Under the pieces are notes generated by a model. It saw only the letters and a list, made by a program, of their open reading frames with translations. It searched no databases and was not told the DNA's origin. From NCBI GenBank assembly GCA_002633005.1, contig NMRA01000201.1:503989-567988 (forward strand): 64,000 bases of DNA, written 5' to 3'. Shown here one piece after another: positions 39,501-54,500 of the stretch. Position 1 is the first letter of the stretch; every line of letters begins with the position of its first letter. A program made the position numbers and the translations under genes. The DNA comes from Phoronis australis (lineage: Eukaryota; Animalia; Phoronida).

Positions 39501-42500
39501 ACAGGCTAAAAATTAAATTGATGATTTTTTCAGTTTACAATTATCGCGGATAAGACGTGTAGGCCATGTTTTACATTAAGGCAGATCTATCAACGAAAAA
39601 TGATATTCTGAGAGCAGATGTAGCGCGTATTTCAACCAGGCACTTTTGGGGCCTTAAAAAAGCTCTGCTGGCTGAGCGAACTATATCCCACACGACGCAT
39701 GATCGAGTAATTCATGCGTGGTCATTAGTTTCAGCCTACACCAAGTTGCTGGCCACAAAAGTGTTCTTGCGGATTTACTTGCGACACTCTCAATATCAGC
39801 GGGTCTGGCTATCAAACTACGTAAGCAAGTTGGCCCTACTCATCGTTTTCAAATAAAATGCTCAACAAAAATCGACACCTTGGATTCAGCCTCTTTGACG
39901 CTTCTTTGGACAATATGTTTCTCTGCCTCGTAAATGACATCAGATAATTGTCAACGATCCGATACCATAAAACTGGTGAGAACAAGTGTTGGGATAATAT
40001 GGATGTAAGAACCATTGCGTTCTGAAAACTCATTTCCGTTTTAACTGTCGATTTCAACCCTTGTCGCCTCCAATTTTATTCCTTCCCTCTCAAAGCCTGT
40101 GACAACAATTACATTTCTTTAAGTCAACTAATGAAGTACATTCTGTCATGTTTTCCCTGTACCAACCTGCTCCTCAAGCCAGTCATTTACCCTGTGAATC
40201 AAAATATACCAGAATTTTGTGTCTTCAGTAAATGCGACACGCATTATCATCGATAACGAACTTAACTAGTCGCACTGTATTTTACAGGTTGACAAGTCAA
40301 CGCCAAACCACTATTGTCCAATAGCAAGCCTAACGGGTTCTTACTGCGAGAATTTTCTCTATAGTGTAGACCTCAACCACTTGGTTGCTGCTAATAAGCA
40401 CACGGGAAACCACAATCGGGAATATTACTTTACGCTGACGGCAACAAACAAAGCCATGCTTTCAAACAATCCAGTGACCGTCAAAATATTGGTTGATATC
40501 TCTGCCCCTACAACTGGTGTGGTTTTTGATGGAGATTCCTCCCAGGACGTTCAATTTCAAAGCGATCGCGTCTTAAAGGGAAAATGGCATGGCTTTGTGG
40601 ATCATGAGAGTGGAGTAGAGTTTTACAAATATGCGTTTGCGGAAAAATGTCTTTCGAAAGAAGAACTAGCCAACAGTTCGACAACCACAACCGTGGCCAG
40701 TGGAAGTGGTATGGCAGATAAAGATGGCAAGTACTTTTTGAGTGTTGTGGCTTACAACGGAGCCAACGAACCTTCTGATGTAGCGTGCTCAAATGGAATT
40801 GTCGTGGACAGCACAGATCCAAAGATCACTGACCTTTATATTCACGGTCTGTACGTTCATGGCGGCATTGTATGCGACAACGGTGTATTCTGGTATGTAC
40901 TTAACAACTTCACGAGGGTGTCGCTAACAAACGAAGCTTCTTGTCAGACGAAATGCACTTCATCAAACGTTGTCGAGTTACTTATTATCCCGAAGCTTGT
41001 CGACAACAATGGTACAACAATTTCTTACAACAGTGAACAGAGCCGGGCTGCTTGTGAGAGCAGTCCCCTGTTTGATGTGTCCCTACCCAAATTCATAACC
41101 ACTGATCATTTTCGTCTTCGATGGAATTCAATTCAAAATACCCCAATTCTTGACTACCGGGTAGGAATAGGTGCTACAGAACCATCGCAAGAATCTACAC
41201 ACGGAGCTCAATTTTACAATTCGCTCAAATCCGGGATTGCCCAAGGTCAAAAATTGAACGTTTTGATAACAGCCACCACTAAAGCTAGAAAAAGTTCAAG
41301 CCTGCTATTTGGACCAATATTTGTGGATGAGACTCCTCCCAAGATGTCTGGACAGCTCAACGTAAATATGGGATTGACAGGGAGTGACCCGTTGCTCATA
41401 TCTTGGGGAAGCAGTACCTTCTTCGATGCAGAATATCAAAATGGAATAGCAGACTTTCAATACGCCATAGGTAAGCCTCGTCACCATAACTTAAAGGACT
41501 CGGGCTTTCCCAAAAATCTAAGTTTTTACTTTCGCCACTTGTCACAATCATAAGATTATAGACCGTGTGGCACTAATTGTATAGCGCGTAATGGTAGCGA
41601 TCAAATGTTTGTTTCTGGGATGAACCGCGGGTTTAAAACCGATTTAAATCAACATTTCCTCTTTACCTACGGTTTCAAGTGCAAACCATCACGAAATTTT
41701 CAGGATATAGGTGTAGGTGTACCAAGCGATCGATGGCCGACGATCTCCCGATTAATGCTGCTGTTGAAAACCCATTGGTTCCACTGCAACGAGAACTTTG
41801 TAGTTAGTCTGTTAAAAGTCTTTGAGCATTTTCAGTAGTACCATTGGTTCAATTAGGAAATAAATGCGCTTGATATCAACTGCCACCGATATCACGTGCA
41901 GCAATTCAATAGTCGTTAACTGTTGGGTGCTCACTTCTCGTTCTAGGTACCGAAAATGACATTCAATTGGTGTCTGCATTTACGACCTTTCGTCCAGAGA
42001 CTTCGTGTGCGCAATTACAGTATTGTATAACTATAGACAAAAAGCTCATAACGCAGCATGCAGCAGCACTGGGACACAACTACGTAGTTAGTCTAAAGGT
42101 CTTCAATAAAGCTGGGTTGTACAGCATTTTTAAAACAAAGGCATTTAATGTGGCCCCAATAATCATTCCTGGCAATGTGTTTGATGTTACGTCTGGAAAG
42201 AATGATCAAGATGTTGACTTTATGCCGTACAATGACTACTGCGTCGGCTGGACAGGATTTAAAACCCACTACGGTAGTATCCAATACTCCGTTGGATTGG
42301 GCACCTCCAAGCTCAAAACTGACGTAATAGCGTATAGGCAAGCGACGGCCGGAAGCCAGTATTTATGCCTAGGTACTCCTTCAGTACAGTCTGATTTTAC
42401 AATAGTTTACGCAACTGTCAAAGCAACATCTACCTTAGCCGGTTCCAGCTCAGCAATTGTGTCATCCGACGGCGCCCTTGTTATCAGTAAATCTGTCCAT

Positions 42501-45500
42501 TTGACGAATTTCGACGTTTACGACGGTTCAGGTTGCGAGTCGGCAAATGCTGCTGAAGTCTTAGCAAGTCGTTTGATAGAACCTTCTCAATCGCACAATG
42601 TTCAGTTCAACTATTCTGAATTCCTAAGTGTGAGATACACAGTAAAACTAACTAGCTCTCACGACCTTTCTATGGTGAAGATCACCCAATCAGGCGGGCA
42701 ACCTGTTAACACCCAGTACACGCCTACCGGCGGTTCCTACATGGCGCTATTTACATTTGAGTGGACTGGTAAATCTTATGCCTTCACGGTCACCAACACT
42801 GGCTCCCTGATTTATAATATAACATCTGTGTCTCTGTTGCCGTGTGCCATAGACGACGACTTCCAAGCCAGGACGACGTCGTTAGCTGGTCATTGGCAGA
42901 TGCCATCTGCTGTTCACCAGAAGGTTTCTCATTACGAATGCTCTGTAGCTGAAGACACGTGCACTTCATCCGGTTGCACGTTTGCTGACAACATAGTAGC
43001 GTGGACCCCCAAGGACAAGCAACAGCATTGTGAATTTAATGGGTTAAACCTCAAAACAGGCAACAGATACAGATTATTAGTTCGGCCATGTTTCCACGGG
43101 GTATGTCTGAAGGGATCGGCGTCAAACGGAGTTACAATAACACCGGATGCAGCAGTCGTGGGTAGCGTTACTGCAAATGTTGACCTTAAAGGAAGTTCAG
43201 GCGCATACGTAGCACAAACATCTGTCCAATGGCAAAAGTTTGTAGTTACCAGTGGAGCATTGAAAGAGCATGTTATACGCTACGAATGGACCTTGTCTTC
43301 AAGTCAGACGGCCAAAGAAGCACTTATGACATGGAGACCTGTATATGACAAAACACAGGTAAGAGAATACCTAGTTTCCACGGCTTTTTAATTGTCACGA
43401 AGATGCAATACGTGAACTTTTTAGTCAACACTGCTGCTGCACGTGTTATCCTCAAAATATCGTCACAATGAGCTGTATTCGACGTGAAAGTCAATTAAAT
43501 GAAAACAACAGTTGTTAGTTTTATTTCGAGTCAACCTAATCAAACTCATTTTTCGTCTTATAACCGCAATTTAAACATTGCTAATTTCTATCAAAGAGAT
43601 GAAGTAAACTGTAAACTGTAATTAAACGTAAGCTTTGTCGTAACAGAAGCAATAAAAGTGCCAGCAAAGTGTAGACTGCTTGGCGATACAAATCTCAGTT
43701 TCAAATTTAAAATATGTCACTTACTACTCTCAAGTTGATTTTCGTCAACTGCCTTGGCAAGGTTGTTTCTTTCCTGAGATTTGTATGCACTGAGTCAAAC
43801 AGGCTTCCCCTGGGAATTGGATTATCCGATAAGTGTACAGGGGTGCGGGTTTGTTAGTGAGACACGTCAACAAATGACGTGTGCTGCCAAACGTTCTGCT
43901 GAAATCTTCTATATTGGAATAGTTTTTTAGTTGCGTGATCAATGAAGTGTGTAATGTTTTGTGAATGCCACAAATTCTATCTGATCAACTCTATTTAAAT
44001 TTATGAATTTAGTAAGAAAATGTGGAACCTTCGGTAATCTTGCTCACACGAAGGCGTTGGGAAAAGGCAATTAGGAATCAGTTAGGGGGCTGGAATTCGT
44101 GTCACTGAACAAGGCATCAACTTAATTCTGTTCCGAACTGTTACAATAAAGGTGAAAAGTATAAGCGTTCGGTGTATTCTACGAAGTGTATTAGTCTCTA
44201 ATCATTACCCTGCACTGATCAACATTCAATGCCAATTCACCAAATTGTGGACTTGGCGAAAATCCCAAGTCGCCAAAGGAATTTTGAGGTCGGAAAAACA
44301 TTTCGGTGGTCGGCAACAATATCAATAAAAAAGTTGTGTTGCTTTCACCGTTATTTAGAATTACATATTACTCTTCCTTTTCTACCCGAAGTATGCAGCC
44401 ACTTGCTGGGTATTGCGGTACAACATTCCCTTACGTAAGATATTGCCGCGTCAGACTATCCAAGACTGACGTTTTCCCGTCATTCGACAGATGTCCCTAG
44501 GTCGACTCTACGATCACGTGAACAACGTAAACCTGAGTTCATAATTTATTCACAAATACTGTAATCCGAGTTGTATTTTTGTTTCCTAAGCCTATCTCAA
44601 CCCAATTGAATTCCTTTTACAACAGGTCGCTAAATACAATCTGAAGAGGCTTTGGAGACCTTCAGTCGCCAAATTGAGCACTGCCGTGACATTTTCCGAA
44701 AAAGCTATGTAGGAGCACTGTGATAATTTTGATACACTTGTTAATAAATAGCATGCAATCAAAATTGTCGCAGTTATTAAAAAGCTATTACCAATATTGT
44801 ATGTTCGATTCAGAAAGCATAGTAATAAGGTAACGAATTTGGACGGTTCACCCCTGTCTTTTTCAAATTTTATTTTAGATGCCAACAAACACCTCATTCT
44901 TTTATCTTTTTCTCAACTTCTAAATCATTCTCACTATCTCTGCAGGACACCGCAGTTATAACATGGAAGAAACATCGGTTACAGGCGATTTACCTACTAT
45001 TAAAGGGATATTCCTTGGCGAATGTGGAAACACTTTACGTAAACAAGATCATTATTGAAAAATACTCGTCCACACCTGTGGACAAGGCAGTACACGATCT
45101 GTCCAAAGCCGACGTTGAGCGGTTCAGCAAAACTGCTCATGCAACTAATATTCTAACCACAGAACTCACAAAATTGCACAACGCTGAAGTGGACTTTACT
45201 AGTTTAACAGACAAGGCATACGCTCTTTTCGCTGGACCATCATATGATAGCTACCAGTGGTTTTTGACAACAGAAGCTAATCCAAGTTTGGATTGTTCAA
45301 CAAACCCGCGATGCCTGTCTTCAGTAAACAACACTCAAAACAACGTAGAGTTCAAAATAACTCTTGCACATGGTATAAAGTATTTCACTTGTCTTCGGAC
45401 GGAGGCTCAAACAAAGCAGCTTGCAACCCACACAGAGAACTTGCCTGCTGTCATGCTATGTAGTAACGGATTCGTAGTCGACACAGATGCACCTGTTAAG

Positions 45501-48500
45501 GAAGAACTCACCGTGTTGTCCCTAAGCAGCTCCAATCTTGGTGTCCTGTTCAGCAGAATCACCGATAGCGTCGAATTCAAGTTTAAATTTAAAGACCTCG
45601 AAGACAATGTTCCGGGGATTTCGTCTGGTGTAAAGAACTATTGGTACTACATTGGTAAGTAGAACATTTTACTTTTGTAAACAGTTATTCACCAAAGTCC
45701 ATTAGATGTATGAGATATGAACACTATGCAGCGATGCGTGGAAAGAAGAATGACCTGCTATCTTTAAGGGCTCGGGTAGATGGAAGTGGTGCTTGGTACA
45801 GTTTTGAAAACGGGAAACTCACTAACAGCCGTGTAATCATTGATAGAACATCGTAGAGGAAGCCTAGGCAATCTTCTGGGCAAAATCTCAGGTCTTCCCG
45901 GCAATAAGTCCAAACAAACGTGTCTAGACTGGTGCACGTTCTGAGAACGAGGATGTAACGAAAGAGACAATGATTTGAACCTGCCAAAAACCTCCTTTCC
46001 CACAGTTCCTCGACATTTTGCATAGGGTGCATGCAAGTCCCAGGACGAGAACGCATTTTTTTGCCATAATCAAAGTAGACAAAGATAGCCTTGTGCACCT
46101 GTAGCTGTTTGGAACACGATCTCGTGTTTACCTTACATGTATTGAAACAGGTTGCGCTCACTGGCGCACGTCGCACATAATGCACAATATCGTAAAACAA
46201 CGTGCGGCTGTGGCCCATTGCCGTTACAGGAAGCCCGACCCGACCTCTACGTGTATAATGATGTTGATTGTCGGTAGATATTCGGCTAAATGCAGCGACT
46301 TGCCCATGAGGTTTCACAGAACAACGTTGTACCATGCACCACAACTGTTGCTAAGTAATTTATAGGCTGTCACTTACCAGCTTCAGGGTACAAGCGAGGT
46401 TACTGTGCTCCAGGATCTTACCCGTTCTCGTCAATCTCCCACCATTCTTTCTCAACGACATACATGTACATATTTCTTCTCTCCCTCCAATGACATCGAT
46501 TGCGCTGAGTGATTCAAAACAATTCATGAGCACACTGCAAACTGTGTCTGAATGTAGACAAGTTTTAGTTTAAAATCGGTTTCGGGAACCGTTGAGTATC
46601 CCATTGACTAAGATAACTGAACAAAACTAATTCGCATGCGTCATGGTGTCAAGAGGCACGCGTGAATGACAGTCAAAACGGATTATCTGCTGCAAATTTG
46701 TAAATTGCGCTATTGAACGACATCTTTCTTCAGCCCATGTCTGCGAATTATGGTATGGGACAGAATATGTCCATTTTATCTTCAGCTTTCAACATTTCGC
46801 GGATTCTAGTTGCTGCTTGACGGGGCCCGTTAAAACACCAGTTTTGAAACGGCCGTATTTTGGCTGTTGTTTTAACAAGTGATAATCATAACATATATTA
46901 TACAACACTAGCGTTAGAGAATTCCATTTTGCTTCTTTTGGGAGGACCATTATCTGTAGAAAAGCTTTTTCGTGAGGCATGGTACATAAATTAATATCCA
47001 TTTCACTCGTCAATAATATATTAGTTGATAGTTTACTTGTTACTGTTCTGACTCACCGTTTAAATTTTAGAGGTAATTTGCAGAATCAAGTGGTAATTTG
47101 CAGAGTGGAGTAATAAATTTATTGATTACGTTTTGCCTACCATATCTACAGGAACGTCAGCTGGCCAGAAAGACGTGGCCAACAAAACCAACGTAGGACG
47201 GCAAACTCATGTTATAGTAGAGAACATTTCCTTGGTCAGTGGGAAGGAATATTTTGTGACAGTTGATGGTGAGTTTTCCCATAAATTACAAATAACACCT
47301 GCTTTGAAATTAAAAACCTTTTGTACTCAACATTTAGACAAAAGCTTGTGTATTAACCTAGTTTATGCCACTTGCATCTACTTCTGCATGTTATGTTACC
47401 CTTGACTTACGTAGTACTTAATTCAAAAGCTAAATGTACGTATAAGCTACACGATCCTCTGAAAGCAACTTCTTTAGTTAACTGAATTACTCGTGGTGGG
47501 TAAAGCCGGTCGACTTCGCTTGAGATTTAGCTGGATGTCATTGTGTCTGAACAAGTTGCCAGGACAACACTGTCTAGACGTAAGTCACCGTTTTAGTAGA
47601 ATGGAACAAGTTTCACTAAACAAACACGACTGTAGGCTAATCGTTTCATTAAACTATCTCGGTCCAATCTTCGCCGATGTTAGATTGGGATCGAGCATAA
47701 CTCTTACGAGAGTCACTTCAAGTTACTTTAGACAATGTTTGCAGTAATAGCATGACCAACATTGAAGAAAATAATCACTCGTTGAATGGGATTGTTGGGG
47801 ATAGTATTGGCAGGCATGCTGTATCTTATACGCCCTTGGGGTAGTCGGCAAATTTTGTATTTGTGCCACGTCGACTATAGCCAAAATATAACTGGTAAAA
47901 TCCCTTGATTAAATTAGAACATCCGATGAATGTATACCGTAATCGAATGTATTTCGTTCTCAATAGCATCCATCAAAGGTGGAAATCTAAGGCCAAACAA
48001 AATACCCTAATTGATCCTTGTCTGTTTTTGTCTTTGAAAATTGAGGTATTGATGAGTGGTTTTAGATGTCCACTTTCAAAATGAAAAAAAAATATTTCGA
48101 TGCTTCTCCGGAGGATTTATGTCCCCCATTGTCACCAGTTACAAGGTTACATGGCAAGTAAATTTTATTCCTATCGTCACTCGATGCAAGATACGATGGT
48201 CGCAGATTATGCATGGTATTAGTTCGTTATTATAAACATTTCACTGCAAGGAAGGTTGTCTGTTTTTCAGCTGAAGATTACGCCGGACACGTGACCTCTG
48301 TTTCATCCAAGCCGTTTCAAGTGGATCCTACGTCACCAGTAGCAACAAATGCCAAACTACGTGTGGGCTCACCACATACTAATTATCAACAGCTGGCTGG
48401 TCATATGTTGCAATTTCATTGGTTTGGATTTGAAGACAGTGAAAGTGGAATAGCTAGATACGAATTCAGAATACACCCCTTTGAGTTCAAAGAGTATTCG

Positions 48501-51500
48501 TCAAATTACGCACTTGTAGACGAAGGAGTGGGATTTGTGGATGGACTCACGTACTATCCTGAAGTGAAGGTACGTAGTGGTCGTTTGCATCTCCTCGTGT
48601 GACTTTGAAATATTCTGTATTTTTGTGAATATGGTACTTTTAGGTTTTAATGTTCACATTTATCTGCTTAGGTTACAAATGGAGCTGGCTCGATGACTCT
48701 TCTGAAAGAAAAATTCGTGTTCGACTCCTCTCCCCCATCAGCTGGCGTTGTTCGAGAATGCACGAGTTTAATCGACTTGAAAGACATTGACTATCAAGTG
48801 AGCACGGCTAAAATATGTGCCTCGTGGTCTGGTTTCCATGATCCTCACACATCTATATCCGAATATCGAATTGGTGTAGAAGAGGAGGGTGTTCAGCCTA
48901 TTTTGTTTAGCGTCGGGTCCAAAACAGGTGAATGTTCTTACCTTTCTTCGTTGATTAGACGATAAACCCCTGAAAATAGTTTTCAATACGTCGTGTACAT
49001 TGGTGGAACTACGGCATGACTCACGGGGTTTACTCCCATCAAGGCTACGATCAAAAAACGCCACCCCTAGAAAATGGAGCCACCGGCGGGATTACCCCTC
49101 CCCCTTTTTTTAAATGGTTGTAGAGTGGTATAGCATCCGGAAACGTTTCGTTGAGGTCTCTCAAATTTTATCAAAGCAAAAATTTGTCATGAGAACAACA
49201 CCTTCATTGAAATCATTACATGAACCGTTCATGTTCCTAACATTCCATACTTCTGCACAACTTCTACGGGTGAGTTAGCAAGGGACACATGTGTGTACAT
49301 AAAAAATCTGCCTGTGAAAAACGAGAGGTTTCACATTTCAGTCTTCATCTTTGATGGAAGCTTCAAAGCTGGACGGAAATACGTTGTAACTGTTGAAGCG
49401 TGCAACTCAGTTGGTTTATGTACAACCGCCCAATCAGATGGCGTAATTATTGATCCCTCTCCGCCAATTGCTGGTGTTGTGACTATTGGACACAGGCAGT
49501 TTGAGCACAGTCGATATCAAGCTTCAAGGTAAATTGTATTCTTCTGTTTGCGTTTTGAAAGTTTTGGAATTGAGTAGGGCTTTTATCAAAACAAATGTGA
49601 ACACAAAATTAATCTACCATGTTTCTGTAGTGATGTACTGCTCGCTTCTACATCGTCGTCTTTTCTTTCACAGGAAGTACTTTAGCGCCAGCTGGATGGG
49701 ATTCCAAGATCCCCAGTCTGGTATCCACAGATTTGACTGGTGTATTGGCACATCTGTTGGACTATGTGATGTACAGTCCTTCCTCAATGTCCATAATGCC
49801 CACGAACAAGTTCGATTTGATATGAATCTCCCCCTCGACAAACTTATATTTGTCACAGTGCGTGCTTGGAATAAGGCGTCATTGAGCGTAACGAAGACAT
49901 CTGATCCAGTAATTGTAGACAATACGCCTCCGATTGTTGCTGTCAGTCCTGTTTTCAAAAAAGGAAATTTAATGTCTCTGTATGACAACACTCAGTTTGA
50001 AACAAATGCGTTACACTTGGAATGGAAGTTCTCCGATACGAACAGTCCTCTTACCCGCCACATCATCAGCGTGACATCCCACCATAATGGATTCTGCCCA
50101 GTTGAAAACCTAGAACTAGGTGACGAAAACTCACTAAGTATCAGTCTAAGCCAAGAGCACACCCTCGCTGATGGAGACAGATATTATGCTGCAGTTACCT
50201 CTTGCAACGACGCTGGCCTTTGCGTTTCATCAAAGTCATCCGCCAACGTTTTAATAGATTCCAGTGGTCCGCACTTGGGCCAGTTCTTGCAGTCCTATTG
50301 GTCCGAAGAAGGTGGCAAAATAAAACTTCGAATAATATGGTCAGGATTTGTTGATCCCCACTCTGGAATAAAAAGATACGAGGTCTACGTCGGCTCTAGT
50401 TACAGCTCGTTTGATTTAACGGGTGGAGTTGTCAAAGTAGATTACAATCCTCAAGCTGGAACAACCACACAAGAGACAGATTTAATATTAGACAAGAAGC
50501 CAGCCATTGGTTCCAGTATTTACATATCCATGGTGGCGGAAAACAACGTTGGCTTGAAGAGTAAAATCTTAAAGATTCTTGCAACACTTGTTTCCACTGT
50601 TTCTTCTAACCCACCGAAAGGAATGTTGGTCGTCAAGAAATACTCCTGCGATGTGCCATACTGCAACAACGACTGCGTGTGTGCACCAGTTGGACAAAAG
50701 TGTAGCAAATTTGACTCTTCAAGCTGCACCCTACTTCCAAATCCACCGTCATCTGTTACTGTCTCCATTGGATTTACAACTCCTGTGAAATCAGCTGTGA
50801 ATCAGCGATGTGTTGCTGCGTATTGGACGGCTGCAAAACCAGAATCCGTGATACGTTACCAGTACTCACTCGGTGTCTCGGGGGCTGAACCAGGATATGG
50901 TGTTTTCAACCTAGCGAGTGAAACAGTGTGGCATAACGTTGACTTATCGACAAAAGCAGTTTTTTGTCTGCCACAGGACAAATTCTTCCAGCCATATCCA
51001 CCACAGAAGTATGTATTTTACGTTAGGGCGTGGTACACCAGCACAACGCTAGCTCAATTCCAATCCAACGAGCTGACCATCGATACAAGTGCTCCAGTGC
51101 AAGGCTTAGGCCAATACGTTCTTGACTGTAACCTTGCCACGCAATGTACTGAAGATATCGAGTTTTCAACTGACACCCAGAAAATTGAAACCACTTGGAA
51201 AAACGTATTTACCGATGTTGGCAGTGGCATTAGCGAGTATGCTGTTATGGTAGGGGTATTCCCAGGAGGTAAGCTGCCGTTCTATTTCGTAGACAGTCTC
51301 AAAGTATGTTTAATCAGGGTCGTTTTTGAACAGGCTGACTTCTACTTTCATGTAAAGTAATTCTCGTTCGTTCATTAACGGAATGTTTTCACTTGATAAT
51401 GTACTAGGAGGAGGAAATTGGGAAAGATGGCAATTCATGACAGGGAGACGGGGTTAGACCCGTGGTGACGTAACCAGGTGGTTTCATACACTCATCCTTG

Positions 51501-54500
51501 TCACACTACGGCTTGATAGTTGTAATGGCGTACTTCATTTCATTGCTGAATACAACAGAAGCAAATGCAACTTGCGATCGTAAACATTCTTTAGTTTGTC
51601 ATTAGAACAATAAAGACGGAATGTCTCCAACGAACTGTAAGTTTTTCCAAAAACAAGGCGTTGTCTGTAATGGCGTAATTAGAGCCGGGACAACGGGGTT
51701 ATGTTATGATGGCGTGTAAAAAGTGATAAATTTTGGATGACGTAATATGTGAAAGTTCACTCATGAAAGACGTAGTTCCTGAAATAACTGTTCACCACTC
51801 GTTAGCAATTTTGTTATCAAAATTCATTGTGAATGCAAAATTTAGAACAGGTTGAAGTTGATAAGTTCTCCACGATACATAAGTTGATAACGTTGTCCGT
51901 TTTACACGATGTTGCGCTTGGTCGAGTGCCAAAGCTAATTTTCTATGTGGGCTTCGACGGAACGAATTTGCGAAACAAAATATTCTGCTCGTCACCAAAT
52001 TTTCCTTACAATCTCAAAAAGTACAGTCGCCGATAAGAACGTCTCTTACTGGGATGCCGCGTTTTACCTACACTATACTCTTATCACCTAATTACTTTCA
52101 GATGACTCAGTGAAATCAAAGTTTTCAACGACCTCGTTATCATATAGTGGAAGCGGTCTCACCCTTGCTAACGGAGTCACCTATTACACAACTGTAAAGG
52201 CCGTCAACAGCGTTGGTCTTACCACGACCGTTTCATCAGATGGAGTAACGGTAGACAACGTGCCACCTGTAGCAGGGATAGTTTACAACACTAAGAGCTT
52301 CCACAGCATTTCTGCTACCGCAAGCCCTTGTATTGGTGCTTCGTGGCATGGTTTTGACGATATCCACTCACATATCAGGGAATATATTGTGAGCGTTGTT
52401 GACAGTAAAACCGGTAGTGATGTCTTGGTCAACAAGCAATCTGTCGACATCAAGGATTCCGTAGAATTCTGCAACCTTAATTTAAAGCAAAACACTGCGT
52501 ACGTATTTGTCGTTCATGCTAAAGATGCAGCCGGCACTTCCTCCGCAAATGCATCTTCGGACCCTATTCTTGTTGACACGACTCAGCCTATGGGATTCCG
52601 CTGCACAAAATGGGTGCGCAGCTCCCTTACTCCTGAGTCCACGTCATTGTCGAATGAAGTGAAGAGCATTGTGTACAAGGCGGATATAGAAGCAAACAAA
52701 CTTTACAAACTTGTCTTTGAAAGCTCTAGTGATGTGCTTAAAGCCTCTCTTGATTTCCTCGGTGTACATCATAAGTTGAGTTTCATGAATCTTGCGGACG
52801 GTGGTTATTTGGCAACTTATAGTTATACCGCAAGTGCAACTGAGTCAAGTGAGTTGACAGTGAATTTAGCGGCCTCATCAGGAAATATCACCGTGTCCCT
52901 GGATGTGTGCGATGTCGAGACGACCACAGAAGCCAGTTCAGTCGTTGTCCTGAAACAGTTAGGACCCATAGAACTATTGATTTCATTCTACGTTAAAGAC
53001 CACGAGAGTGGAATACGACAGCATCTGGCAGGTATTGGAACAACCGTGGGTGGATTTCAAGTTGCAAAGCTGCATAGCCTAGGCCAGCAAGAACACATGA
53101 CATACGACATGAACTTACCCCATGGTACTCCAGTGTTTGCCACTGTGATATCTGAGAATAACGCAGGGTCCAGGAAGTATTTTGGCTCAAAGAAGCTCGT
53201 GGTTGATCACACACCACCGACGATTTCCGAACTGAAGTTGGTAGTAAACCTTGTCGGAGGATCTAGCTATAGACTGACGACAACGTGGAAAGCGACCGAC
53301 CCAGAAAGTGGAACTAACAGGTGCAATGTTCAGATAGGTAAGATATACGTTTTGTCTGTTGGTGTTGCTTTCTCGGTATCGTGGTATTAACGATTTTGGT
53401 GTCTTGTTATACATGGCACATTAGAATGTGTGAGATGAGAGCGAGCTCGCGCTTAGTGAGAACTCATTAAACTCACCTAAACGCATCTTAGTGTTTGTGT
53501 CATCTCCGTCTGCTATGTGCAGAAAACTAGTGTGCTGATATCCAATGCGTGTTTTAAAGTTCTCCTATAAGGCGAAAATGATGTAATGTTTTAAAGGGGC
53601 CAGCATGTTGGTTGAACAGTTGTTTTTTAACTTTTCAGGCGATGCGCCCCACACAAGCAGTGTCCAGTCTGCGGTCACTGTGATCCCATCTTCTCCTGGA
53701 GTGTATTCATCGACTGGGACAAAAACGCTTTCGCATGGCCAGAAACTTTACGCGACAGCATGGTGTTCCAATCATGCTGAGTTGTCGACAACTTCAGTCT
53801 CTCAACCCGCAACCGCTATCCACCAGGGACCTTCTGCCTCTAGTGCTAGCGTTCGCTTCTTGATTCCCCAAACTATTTACCAGAGAAAAACCGAAACCAT
53901 TGTCAATGCAAACTATCTTCATGTCGCGTGGAGGGGTTTTCGAGACATTTCGAGCAGCCTGACCTACAAAGTTCGTATTTTAAAGGGAAACGCAGAATTC
54001 CAATCGTGGGTAGATGTTGGTCCTCGAACTGATTTCCGTTTTTCCAATCTCTCACTCACAGAGAACGTGTGCTACAAAGCCAACGTGCAAGCCTATAATC
54101 TCGAAGATTTGTCGAGCACAGTCGTGACCAGTGAAGCTTGCGTTGACAGCACTGCTCCAGGATTGACCGGTAAGTAAATATTTCAGAACCAAAAAACAAG
54201 TGCGATGGTTTTAATATTCTCGTGGTGTTTTTTTTCTCAAAGCCTACTAAAATATGCTTAAAATGTTTCTTTGAAGGATGATTTAACAAATATCAAGTTC
54301 CGAAATCAATAGGTCTACAAAAATAGTTACATGTATACAACAACAACAACAACAACAGTTTAGTTGTTCGAAATTCAGCACCTTGTAATGACAGGTTTGG
54401 GCTTGAACTACCAACACACACGTAGAGATGTTGATCAACATTGGGTCATAAGTTAACTTGTGGATTGCAGAAACTTGACGATCCATCATGAAAATATCTC

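Noticed and set aside
39044-53414. Antisense and alternate-frame ORFs over the large exons
   Set aside because: Shadow ORFs of the + strand coding sequence.
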